Of a stretch of DNA of 64,000 bases, positions 24,601 through 38,400 are shown piece by piece. The stretch lies in assembly GCA_002633005.1 (NCBI GenBank), contig NMRA01000034.1, positions 204,136-268,135 on the forward strand. Reading direction: 5' to 3'. The stretch is from Phoronis australis (lineage: Eukaryota; Animalia; Phoronida). The position numbers and the translations under genes are program-made. Under the pieces are notes generated by a model. That model ran no database searches and was not told the origin of the DNA. It saw only the letters and a program-made list of their open reading frames with translations. Each line of letters starts with the position of its first letter. Within the stretch, counting starts at the first letter, position 1.

Positions 24601-26345
24601 CTTATACTCCCCATCATCCCTGTTCATAACTGAGCCACTTTTTCTGACCTAAATAAACTCTCTTATCTGTCTCGATCTTGAGTTATTTTGCAACTTAACA
24701 GAATGGGTATCTCCAGTTAATTGCATGATTAAAGCCAAGGGCATGATCAGTCACTGCAGATTTCTTAATAGTGTTCTGTGACCATCTCACTCTCTGAACG
24801 TGTGACTCTACGCTGAGATAGCTCATCCACCTTCTTTTTGTGTTCGTTAAGCCTGACTGCCTTGTCATCTTGAATATTTATAATATAATTTGGTCATGTT
24901 ATTGATACCATTGTTTTGCTATGAATGTACCTTTCTTTTTTGCCAAATTTTATGGTCAAGTGACCCTGTTGATAGCAGATTTGTATTAAGTCTAAAATTA
25001 AAATCTTCAGGCTATCTATTTTCGGAAAATGTTTACTTTTGCTGATTAAAATTTAAATCTACATCTTTATAGAAATTTGACTAAATGCTCAGACTTATTG
25101 GTAAAATGCTCCTTAATCTTGAGTTTTATTTGTGAGGGAATCAAACCTGGATCAAGCTTCCGTATCTAAGTTTAGCTCTCTATCAGTCTTCCAGTGGCAT
25201 GTTTCTCAGAACTTATAATCCTTGGTATGAAGTGTGTATTGTTCACATTTTGTTACTCTCCATTGTTTCCTGTGTGCACTAGAGTTGCTTATAATGAATA
25301 CCACATATTTTACATGCAGTTATTGTGGGTACTTCTGTCGGCCACCATTTTGGGTCTACTCATGCAGCGCCTGGCGGCTCGCCTTGGTGTTGTATCGGGC
25401 TTGCATCTTGCCGAGGTGTGCAACCAAATGTACCCAAAAGTGCCGCGTATCCTGCTGTGGCTTATGGTTGAGGTAGCTATCATAGGTAAGTGTTATGTTA
25501 CTCTATTGACCGTTTGAGAGAATGCATCGCTGAGGTTTGTGAGGGAGTGGTGACCCTGTGTTTGTTGACAACCGTCGAAGATTGGTAAAATTGCAGATTA
25601 GAATTTTTGCCTCCATATACATTTCTGTTCATTCTCTTATTTCGAGTAATAAAACTACTGTATTATTTTGGTTTAGACCATTTACTCCAGCTATAAATGT
25701 GGGTCCATCTTGTTCCTTACTTGGTTTAGAAGGGATTTCTGTGTTTTGCTAAAAACAGAATTTGTAACTCCTTGAGATCATGCTCGGCACATAAAGTGAC
25801 AAGTGAATTTGTAGGGCCTAGACTCAATCAATGACGAACCTTTAGTTGTTTCGAAACCTTCGGTGTAATTAAGGACCAATTTGAGACCAATTTCATAGCT
25901 ATAAGTTGTCTAAATCAAAAGTTCATTTTTGTGTTGGATGGTCATGTAGACTTGCAGCTTTATAGAAATCAAAATTTGCCACTAGTATGATTCACTTTGT
26001 TGTTGCCTTAACTTTGATGAAACAAATGACTTCAGCATTTTGTCAACCGAAAACAAACCATTCAGATGAGGTCCCCCCCTCCTGCGAAAACGAGTGAAGC
26101 GGGGGTTTGTGGATTGATTCACTCCCTGTACTAGTTTTATTTGAATTCCAGGTTCTGACATGCAAGAAGTCATTGGCACAGCTATTGCATTTTACTTATT
26201 ATCTGATGGCAAGTATGTATATTTTGAGTTTTAATAAGTGCTAGAATATTGTTAGCAGAATGTGTCATTATTACTTTATCTTTGTCTGAAGGACACTCAG
26301 ACCTTTCATTTACACACAGCTGCTTTGGATTTATAGTCTTTACCT

Positions 26346-26428
<83 letters not shown>

Positions 26429-29400
26429 CTTAGTTTGTTGTAACAAAATGGTGTTAGTCTAATTAAATTTTTACCATTGGCGTAAAAGAATTGACGATTC
26501 TGAGTCCAGGGTCTAATCTCTGAATTCAGACCTGATTCAGACTCAGGTTGATTATTCAAACACAAATTTGTAGCCAACTCCATGCGTGCCCAATTGTTCA
26601 TTTTGAGAGCTGAGTTTAAAGTATAATTGCAACTGTGGGTGTTAAATCTGAAAGAATTGTGCTGTACCTTCAGATTTGTTATTATACTGTTGAAGTCAAG
26701 CTCAGACAAAAAAGTCTCTAAAATGTTTTAAGATTTATTAGTGGATTTCACTTCTATGGAATAAGTCATTATTCCATTATCAGATTTATGTGACTTGGCG
26801 TTACTCTTGTTGCTTTTACAGTATTTTTTGTTAATAAAAGTATCAGCAGGTTCAGCTCATTCTTCCAGTATACATTTTTGCATCGTTCTGTACTAGTGCA
26901 TTAATATTTAGAGGACCCCAAGGAATTGAAATGAACACAAAATTTTTAGAAAGTGGATGCCATGTGATAGGGCAAGGCAAGCACAGTATTCACCATGATA
27001 TTTTTATTCAGGTTTTAATATTTAATGTAAGGCAAAATTATTTTTGTTTCTATTACAGAATTCCCTTATGGGGCGGAGTACTTATCACCATTGTGGACAC
27101 GTTTACCTTCCTCCTGCTGGATAAATATGGTCTTAGAAAACTTGAGATATTCTTTGGTTTCCTCATCACTGTCATGGCGGTTACCTTTGGATATGAGGTA
27201 CATCAAACTAACAAGGTCTAAAAAGTCACATTATGCTTTATGGAAATCCTAGTCAGTGACACATTTTATAATGAGGAGGCCAGAAGGCTTTTAAGAAGGA
27301 TGCAGCTTTAAAGCCCACACCAGGTGGCGCTGGGTAATAAAAGAAAGATCCTGAACCACTTCAGTTTGCACCAGGTGAATTTTCTTTTTGAAAGTATGGG
27401 CTACTAAAAGGCTGTCTCTTTATGATTTTTATGGAAAAAAAACTGAAAAAATTGTATGTAACGAAAACAAAATGATATTTTAGGAAACTAATAGTGCTTT
27501 TGAGAGTTCATCTTGAACATTATATAAAGCAATGTTATTAATATCATTGATTTGATATGATTGCCTTTCTTTTAGCTAAATTTGACTGAAAATACAAGAT
27601 CACGTGACACTACAGCATTGGTGTAAAGCCAAAAATCAAATTCTGCAGGCTATCTGCTTTCAGATAATAGACTTTTCTTGAATTTAGATTCTATAGTTTT
27701 GTATACGCAGACTTATCAGCAAGGTCCTCTATCATATTAAACAATACTATTAACCTTGTGATCGTAGCATCAACAGTAATGGTAATAAAGCAATAAGTAA
27801 TAAATCACAAGTGGTAAATATTTATGACACCGTAGTACAGACACTTCAGACAGCTTGTAAATATAAAAACAAGTGGTCATCTGAGATTGATATAAACGTT
27901 GTTGTAAATATGGTAATGTAAATTTTAGCGACCCTGACACATGGTGGAGAAAAGTACATAAACTTCCTTTCAATTTGTATAAAAGATACAAAGTTGCAAT
28001 ACCGCTTAATTCACGGAATATTGAAAACCAATAATTATTTGCATGAAATTAAAAAAACAAGTGATTTATGGTCTTTTTGTGGTGAACACAGTGAAACATT
28101 TCTCCATCTGAAACAACCAAGCAAAAACGCTGTACCTTGACAGTTTCGGCTACTCACAGCAGCCATCTTCGGAAGCTGTTGGACACTAGGTGGCAAAGTG
28201 ATGACACTGTTCCAAATTTTAGACAAATTTATACCCCCCTCGTCTAAAATTTGGAACAGTGTCATCACTTCGCCACCTAGTGTCCAGTAGCTTCCGAAGA
28301 TGGCTGCTGTGAGTAGCCAAAACTGTCAAGGTACAGCATTTTTGCTTGGTTGTGTGAATAAGAATTAATCTATGTGTTCTCTACCAACCTTATGAAGTTA
28401 TTTAGTGATTTCTCCATCTGTTTTGGGAATGTTTCTGGCTCCTGTTTGCTGAATGGTTAAAACAAACGTATCATGAAAATTTTCATGTGGACAAAATAAC
28501 AGTGCTTTTTGGTTTTTTGGGAAACACCAAGTCGGAAAATTGTAACATTAATCTGTTGATCATACTAGCAAAAAATTATTTAGCCAAAGGTTTGTTAAAA
28601 AAAATCTCAACTTCCAAATGTTCGTAAACTTTATGAAGTTACATCCTGAAGAAAATATGGTACTTGTTGACTAGTGGATTAATGTTATCCTTTGTAAATG
28701 ATGTATGCATGTATGCTGTATTGTTTTATGTGACATGTAATTATCATGCTAGAGCAAAATAAAAAATTCCCACTAAAAAGAAACAGTAATAGTACTTAGA
28801 CACTGTCAGCTTCTACTGTGCAGCTATTCCTACAGTTGATTCCTAAATAATCCTTTTATTTGAATTCCTAGTATGTGGTCGTGGCCCCAGACCAAGGAGA
28901 ACTGATGAAGGGTTTATTCATCCCCTACTGTGAAGGATGTGGCTCCCAGCAATTACTGCAGGCAGTAGGGATAATTGGTGCTGTCATTATGCCACACAAT
29001 ATATATTTACACTCAGCACTTGTTAAGGTAGGTATTTTAGGATAACTAATAATACAATTAAAGGACCATAAACCAGGGACTCCTTTCAAGAAAAGAAACT
29101 TGATTTGGTCAACTTAATGCAGAATACAATTGATTTTCTATGCTTGAGGAGAACTGGCAATTCTTTATTACGTCAGATCAGGCTTATAAAGTTTTGTTTG
29201 TCCTGAGAGGGAAGTTTCAGCTGCCAAAGCAGCATGGCCCTCGGGGATTTCCAGGCATATAATTTATTAAGCAACCAATTTAAAGTAAACCAATGCATCA
29301 GCTCTTTTTTCGTCTTTTTTATCATTATTTTGACTTTATTCATGCAAAAACATACATTTCACTTAAAGTTTACAACAAAAACTACTTCTATCACACAAGC

Positions 29401-32400
29401 CTAGTTGTGAAATGATATATCAACTGGAAAATTTTCCTCTTTTTTGTCATTGGTCATTCGAAGCCCTGATGCATAGAAGCTCAATGGCAGTACTGTGGAA
29501 GAGGACGTATGTTGTGAAGAAAGTTTTTTTTTGATACACCAGAACATGGTTTATAGAGGCTTTAACTGTATCGGTTGACAGGCTGCTCTGTAGTCATATG
29601 CTGAAATGAGTACTTCTGGGCTATGAGGAAAGAAAATAGTCTCGCCATTTCTGCACCTAACTAGGGAATGTAACAAACATGCATGGTATATTCATGGATG
29701 CCAAGTGAACATGGCTGACATCCTCAAGTCTGCCATACATCTCATAGGACAATGAATATTTATTACAAGCAAATTCTCTTAAAACGTCTATAAGCCTGCC
29801 TTCCGTTACAAAAACCAGCTTAAGATTTAGACTAACTTATCTTTTTTGAAATAATTCCTTGGGCAAACAGGTGTGATTTCTGTACTTTTGAGGAACCGGC
29901 AGCTTGTGAATGCTGACTATTGATATAGTTTTTACGTACTTCCATGAGCAATGAACTGTCAGTTCTTTGCCAGACCAAAAATCACTTCTCATCTGTATAT
30001 TAAGGAACGATTTGAAATCAATTATATAATAATTACTATTAGTAAGTGGTTAAATCAATACCTTCTGATTCTGTCTCTACTCTCCTTCCAGTCACGTGAC
30101 GTGGACCGTTCCAAGAAAGGTCAGGTGAAGGAGGCTAACATGTACTTCTTCATCGAGGCGTCCATTGCACTTTTTGTGTCCTTTATCATCAATCTGTTCG
30201 TTGTCTCTGTCTTCGCTGAAGGGTTCTACAATACAAATAGCACTGACATAGTAAGTTGGTCGTGTTGAGTGTACACTCAGAGAAAGATATGCTTAGTTTG
30301 ATGAGATAGAGACATTGGGCAGACTGTTAGTTGATGCATACAGTTGTTGTTGTTTACTAATAATTGGTTATTAATAAAGTTAACCAAGATTACCCGCAGT
30401 TTTTTGTCTGTCCTTCCTGTCTGACTTGTAAAAGCACCAGGCGACTTTACACTACATTATAATACCTGTATCGGCACACCTGTTTCATACCTGCAGTAAA
30501 CAACAGTTATCCTTAGTATCAATTTTATTGATATTCTGAATCAGTGTTCTAAAGTTATGATCCTCAAATTCTGTGATTTAGTCAGACTCATTTGGGAGAT
30601 TGTCTTAACATTGGTGTATGGTGTCTGAAAATTTTGTTATCTGTACTGTGACAATAACTACATTTTTTGTCTTCTTTCTCTTCCAGTACAACAGTTGCCT
30701 ATCAATCAGTAACCCTCATGCAGATGTTTTTAACAGTACTGGCGAGATTGAAGTTGACATATTTAAAGGGGTAAGGTTCGAGTGTTATGCTATCAATAAC
30801 ACTATATCACTTTGACGGCAACAAAAGTAGTACTAGTGTCATTAGTCAAAGCCATATAGAGAGCTTGTGTTAGCCAATAATGGCTAACTTCAAGTAGGAT
30901 AAAATAAGTACGAAGCAGTTCATTAGGTAAAAGTCTGTAATGTGCCTTCATTTTTAGAACCAGTTTTCTCCGATGAATAAAAGGCATCAACTGGTTCCCA
31001 AAATGTGTGCACGTTATATCCGACTATTGCTGTTCATTAAACCAAAATCGACACTTATAAGCCCCATTCCAACTACAGCATTATATCATAGAAAACAAAC
31101 AAGAATTGTTCACTTGCCATATTTCACTAGTCAATGTTTGTAATGCCTCTTAAAATTAAATCAAGTTGATCTGCACCGCCTTGCCATGTTTGAAATGCAA
31201 GGGAAATCGTCATAGAACTCGGATGTTGGAAATATAGGTCAGCAGGATGCAGTGAGAGTGGAGCAGAATCTCATGTTGTAATTCACAATAATAATAATAA
31301 TAATGTTACCCCTTACTTAGTGTTTATTTTTGACAATTGCATTTATCTGTTTGTAAGGAGCGTCAATGGATATTTCTGTTAGCTTTATTCGCATTGTGTT
31401 GGCATTTATTGAACGCAGGTCTGCTGTGACAGGAGTAGACGGTTACAGGATTACCACCAGGTTATTCACAGCATTCAGGGGGAGATGTAGTGATTTCATC
31501 ATGGGTGATGATTATGACCATGACAACGATGAAGATGATTGCGACCATGAATGATGTGAAAATGACGTTGCTGAAGAAAATAGAGGTGTTTTCTTTAAAT
31601 GTTTTTTGATTTTTCTATTGTCTATTCAAGGGTGTCTTCCTTGGCTGTCAGTTTGGTGCCGCGGCCATGTATGTATGGGCTGTTGGTATATTAGCTGCAG
31701 GTCAAAGTTCAACTATGACTGGCACATATGCGGGTCAGTTTGTGATGGAGGTAAGTGTTCGCAGTGAGAGACAGGTTTGCGTTAAGAATTAATTTGGCTA
31801 ACATTATTAATGATGATTTGTTATTATGAAATCCAAAACTTCCTTATGTATGTGAGGATTTTTCTATAAAAGTTGGATAAAAGAAAGAAGTTGTCCAACA
31901 ACGAATGTCGTATCGTTTTTAATGAACTCTGCACCAGGGGGCACTACTGTGGAATTTTACTAAAAAGTTTGATTATGTATCTCCATGTTGATAGTTTTCT
32001 GCAATATACTTGACAGTGACAATTTTAGCATTGTTTAATTTTAAGAGAGGTTACTGTTACTGTTTTGCGCAGTAAGAAACACGTGCTGCATTAGCCACTT
32101 TCCGGTATACCATAGTGCCCTCTGTTGCACCATTGCTAAACCAATCACTATGCATTGAGTTTAATTTGCCATGTGTCATTCTGGTACCGTTGAAGTTTCA
32201 TTGTAACTGCATAATGCGGTGTAGTTCTCACATAGAAATTTAAAAAGCAGTGTGAGGCATGATCAAGCATTCTTAAATTGTATGAAGTGTGTGAGCGGCA
32301 GTACGTTTTGAGAACTACAAGTGGGTCAGTCGTAGGATACATTTTGCTACCTCCGCAAAAAACTAGGCAGAGTTGAATCCGGGATGTTGGGATTGCCTCA

Positions 32401-35400
32401 TTGCAGGGGTTCCTGAACATCAAGTGGAAGCGATGGCAGCGTGTGCTGTTGACTCGTTCCATAGCAATCTTGCCCACCATCCTATTGGCTGCGTTCGAGG
32501 GCATTCAGGACCTGACAACGATGAATGACTATCTGAACGTCCTGATGAGCCTCCAGCTACCGTTCGCACTCTTACCTATACTCACATTCACAGGAAGTGA
32601 CACAGTCATGGATGACTTTGTAAATGGACTGTGAGTACTCCCTCTCGTCCATTTTGTGTTTGGCTTGATATGTTTTAAACATAAGTCATGAGATCAGACT
32701 TAAGTTTAAATGATGCACCGTGTCACAACTTCTTGAATGCATACTCATGTTTGATGGTGCAGTAAAGTCTCACTAATTTAGGACGCAATATGATGGACCA
32801 GGAATTTTTTCATTTTTATGCACCCACATAATTATGTATATGTGGGTGCGTTATGCCGTCATCTCTGTCCGGCATCCGCTGCTGTGTCTCTAAAACCCGT
32901 TGATATATGTTCGTGAAATTTTGCAGATATGTTCCTATCGTGGATGGGATGGCATGAGCGAATTTTCTACTGGTGTTCCCCCTGGAGACAATTTTATTTT
33001 TTTACGTTTGCCTCAGAGTCTGTATCTTCTATGTGTCGAAATGGATTTTCATGAAATTTGGCAAACAGGTATCTACATGTATTAGGATGATGACGCCACC
33101 TTCACGTTTTTGAATATATTCAAAGTATTTTACGCCTCATAGTAGCCATTTTTACTGTTTCCAAGTCTTGTTGTCCACCCCTCTGTAGGCCAAACCAGTG
33201 TAATGGTGATTATGAAAATTGACATACATGTACCCACTGGAAAGAAAACTACTGACAAATGACAATACTTTTCAGATGGCTCGGTCTACAGTGGCTCCTC
33301 CTAGTGTTTTTTTGTGTCCATGACTGTATTTTCTAAACTACGCACGATCGTTGTTAAATTTAGCAATTTTGTATGTATGAAGGTGACAACGGGCAACAAT
33401 GACTTTCGGACAGATCCAACTGCGACTGTGCCAGGTAGTGGCAATTTTTTTTTTTGTGTTCCTCTGTATCAGTTTTGGAGTTCCTGGACAGATTTTTATG
33501 AAATTTGGCAAATAGATTTCTATTTAAGAGTTGATTGCAACTTTATGATTTCAGGTGGATTTGACATAGTGCACGTCACCTAGTGGCCATTTTATTATTT
33601 TTTAATCTGTTTTTGTGTCCGCCTTTCTGTCAGCTAAACCAATCTTAGGACGATTATGATAATTGACATATATGTTCTTACTAGGAAGAGGATGGCTGAC
33701 AATGATTTTTGGATGGCGCTGACTCTTGTGATGCCTCCTAGTGGCAGTTTTCGTTTCTTTGCATGCGTGGCTATATCTCCAAAACCCTCCACAGGATCTT
33801 CGTTAAATTTAGCAAGTGTATTTGTATGAATGTGACAACGGATGACGATGACAGATCCGACTCCTGTTACGCCACCTAGTGGAAATTGATTTTTTTCCGA
33901 TTTCCACTGCATCTTTGGAGTTCCTTGAGGGATTTTTATGAAATTTATCTATTAGGTTTCTATTAATGAAGCAATGACACCTTATCATTTTTGTATGGAT
34001 TTGACATAGTGTTCGCCTCCTAATAGCAGTTTTTATTATGTTTTAGTTTTAGTTTACTATGTTTTAAGTGTGCAAGTGGCAGTTTGCTTTTTTCTCATCC
34101 CACCTGTTTCTTCCTGCAGGATCTTTGAGAATTTGGCAAATGTATTTTTTGAGCATGACAACAGATGACATATGTAGACGTGTGTGACTACCACTGTACT
34201 CCCAGTGCCTGTTTTAATTTTTTATGGTCGTGGCAGGTGTGTTGTTATTGAGAAGAGAGCATTGTTGACTTACTATTCATGCTGTAGATGCTACTTTATG
34301 TTTGCTAGTATTGCTCCATTTGGTGGGAATGTTTAAAATAGTAATCGTCCCTTTTGTCTGTGATACTATGCGATGCACACGTTGAACGCATATCAATGCT
34401 CTGCGGTGCTCTTCTTCATTGTATCGTTTTAAAATTCTATATCATAGCTTCCATCAAGGCCAAGCAGTAATCTTTTTACTCGAAATCAAACTGCTGCCAT
34501 CTTCCATTTTACTTTAATACAAACTCAAGATAATTGTCCATCATTCTTTGCTTGAGAGAAGTTATGGTTTATTCAAATGAGTGTCCAACCCAAGTTCACA
34601 CCTAATGACCTCAAGATCCAAGCTACAAACTCGAGTACTACAGTCATCAAGAGCAGAATAGGATTACACATAAGTCGAGCACAGAACTATAGACAATCAT
34701 TTGCAGCTCGTATTCAGGTAGAAGTGAGAATGCCAAAAATGTTTTTGAGTTCAGTCTCAAGTAAGGAGATTAGAACATGGGACCTTGATTTTACACTTCC
34801 TTTTCTCCAGAGTGCTGAATAAAGGTTTACACAAGTAGTTATGATCGCTTTCGAGTCTAGAAATAAAACATAGAAATTATATTAGAAACTAACAGTTGTG
34901 TTTGTCTTCTCATTTTTGCTCATCAGACATTTGTTTGTTTTTCAGAACCTGTTAGTAATTAGGTGCCATAGCGCCTCCTAGTGGTTTTCTGTCTAAGTCA
35001 CTGCTCAATATGTAACAGGCTTCAGATGACTGATATCACGTATCTGTTTCAGTGCCATGAAGATCTTCACAGTTTTAGTCACTATCCTCGTCCTTGGTAT
35101 CAACTTCTTCCTGGTCGTAACATCTTTACTTGAAACATCACTCCACTGGGCTATCTACGTTGTTATAGCACTTGTTATTCTGATCTACATGTTGTTTGTT
35201 ATATACTTGGTAAGTTACTGTCATCACTTGAATAAACAGTGTTGACAAGCATCCGGTAATTCTTCACGCTTGCTGATCTAGCAACCATTAGTTTTCAGGC
35301 TTCGAGAGCTGATTGGGGTCACAGAGCCTCATTTTATTTCAAAGACCTAGTAAGTGATCTAGCCACACATATATTTTGTTAACTGGTTAAAACAGGTTTC

Positions 35401-38400
35401 ATGAGTCACATGTATTTTGTTAACAGGTTAAAACAGGGTTCACGAGTCACATGTATTTTGTTAACAGGTTAAAACAGGGTTTATGAGTCACACCTATTTT
35501 GTTAAAAGGTTAAAACAGGGCTCATTAGATACATGTATTCACAGGACGGTTAAAACAGGGTTCATGAGTATCTTTTTAAGAATTGTATATGTTATTCTAT
35601 AGCGTCCCTGGTTTCAGAGTCGTTTATGGTCTTCAGTTAGTGAATTTATCCAACAGTCTGTCCGGACAAACTTTATCTTGTGATTCTCTTGTTGTAGGCA
35701 TGGTTTGCTTTAATCACCATGGGTGTAGAACTGCTGAAGAAGATTCCTGTAAGTAGTGTTTTGTGAAGCATTTGTTTCATTTGTCCGCTATATGGATGTT
35801 TAGTGATGATGTATCTGCTACTATTGTGATGTGATTTGGATCCATAAATTGGAATGAAAATCCACAGTCACATATTTCCAAAATTTTGTATTTTTTGGTT
35901 TAGGGAACCACTGGGATAATTTAGCACTAACCTTGAAATCTTTACAAAATTATTGTGTTTAAATAAATGGGTGTGCTTCAACAACAGTTGCACCTCTAAT
36001 CCTGAGGAGTTAGTTGGCTAGGTAATAATAATTTACTGCACATTGTTTTTAATATTGGCATTTTACTTTCATTGTTTGACTGGGTGGAAAATGTCAAAAT
36101 GACGTCATACTCATAAAGCTTTGAGCAATGGACTTGAAATTCATTATGTGGCACAAGTGAAACCCCCTGGGGTCTGTTTCAAGAAAAGTGACTTGAGACA
36201 GAAACTTTGTCTTATGCTTCCACTTCACAGTTTGCTGAATAAAGTTTTAGTCGTGTAATTATTGGACATCACAGTGTAACGGGGCTCCATATAAACTACC
36301 AGTAGTGTTCCGAAATTATTTATTCGCAGAGTTAAACCCTGTAACAATAAAACAATATTTACAGTAGAATAGAACCAGGTTGAAACTCACAGTATATGAT
36401 TTACACACGTTTGCAACATGATTTGTCTTGGGAAACACCTAATTAGCCATCATTTAACACATTCTAGGTAAATATACACGGAGAAACAACAATAAGGAAA
36501 TACATACTAATTTAAAATCATTGTGAGTGAGATGCTCTTTGGCCGTCTTGAGATTAAAGATTCTCACTTAACTGAGATGTAAAGTTATACGGTTCATGTT
36601 ACTTGAGCGTCAACAGTGGATCAAATAATAATAATGTTAAAGTAAATAACACTAGCTGAAGTCTTCATCAAAATAGAGACACACCCAAACGGATCAATGT
36701 GGCTGCCATACAACACCCTTACAATCAAAGTCATCCAAAACCTACTGAATTTCATGATAAAAATAATATAGAAAGCACAACAGACTGGACCTGGACTTAT
36801 ATACAGTAGTGATAAGTTTCTTGTATAAATACTAAACAAACTCAAAAGTAGACAAATTGCAAATCTCACCTAACATGGCAACACAAGCTCAAGTCCACAA
36901 CCTTTCTGATACACTGCAGAAACTACACCCTAACTTACCAGCACTGACCAATGGTCTGTCGGTGACACTCCCGCACACCCAAGCTGGACAACCCAGGTTC
37001 AAATCCTGTAAACACTAAATTTTTGCATGCACTAATAATTACTGAAATATATAAAATATACCACTATCACAACAGTCTAGAAACAATTATATAAATTATC
37101 TCAGTAATTATATGTGCATTCTCAGAGACTTTGCATTCTTGCTCAAGTAGGGTTGTTCGAAGTTGGCGGTGGGTTTGTTTAAAAGGTAGTTATGCTTTGA
37201 GATTGTGCGTGGATGGAGAGAGAATGATTAAATCCAGTAATTAATTTGTTATGTGATAACCACTAATTAAAACAAGTGAAACCTGTACACAGACATCACA
37301 CATCACATCTGACGCAAACAAGTCAACATCTTTTTGAAAATCATCCTGGTATGGGAATTGGGGATAGTTAGGCCTGTAAAAGATCTTAAACCCATCCGCA
37401 GAGCATCTACATGTATAGCTGCGCACCATACCAGCGACTGTTGGCAAATCATTGGAGACACACCTGTAACGTCCTTCGCCGCAGAGATAATAGCTCTTGG
37501 GCTATTTCCGGTGATACCAGTCATTCATAAAATGTTGTTTATGAAAATTCAAATTTTCCCCAAATTATAATGATGCACTTATTTAACAATTGGCTGATAT
37601 AAACCACATGATCTTGTCTAATCATATCATTGGCTGTTGCGATCTGCTCTCAGAAATTTTTAGAATCTTTTGAGTACATCGACCCCAGAAGCAAAGTAGT
37701 AAACATCATCTAAAAATAGATTTTGACGTCCCAAATACATGTAAACAAGTTTGACCCATGGTTTAAAAGTACATATGAACACATTTTGGGCAACTTAAAT
37801 GGAACTATCTCTATTAATTACTTAATACTTATTCTGACAAAAGTTCATAAATTATTTAATAGTTATGAGGAGCATAAGACCAACTTTTTGCCTTATGTCA
37901 CCTTTAATGAAACAGTTCCCAGTCTTATGTGGTGAAATGCAGGCATTTTTGCCACGTGTGATCTTAGTCTACAAATGGGCCAATACGAGAATCCATTAAC
38001 AGCTTGTCTCGTGATAAATATGAGCATAGAGCTGGCACATTTCTCAATCTGGATTGGGCTGTCAACTCCGTAATAAAATCATACGCTATGCTCTCAGTCA
38101 TGTGTTCATTCTCTGGGCTCTTGACTCGAGATGCTATTTCTTCACCACTTGACAGAAGGAGAAAGTAATTTAGTGAGCCTTATAGGAATCAATAGGTGTT
38201 GAAATAGGAAATTCCATGTTCTGTGGATCTAACATTCACTCAAAGTTGAAAAATAACAGATTCATATTTTTTGTTGTTTACTGTGTTCTGTTGTGTAGAC
38301 AATTGATTTATGTATACTTTTTCTGCTAAGTTTAAGTGCTACAAACAAGAATATTTATCACTTGACTCTTAAGAGTGGGTAAGTTAATAGTGGCACTTTT

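Noticed and set aside
36955-37010. tRNA-like B box GGTTCAAATCC
   Set aside because: No cloverleaf can be built; at most a SINE remnant.
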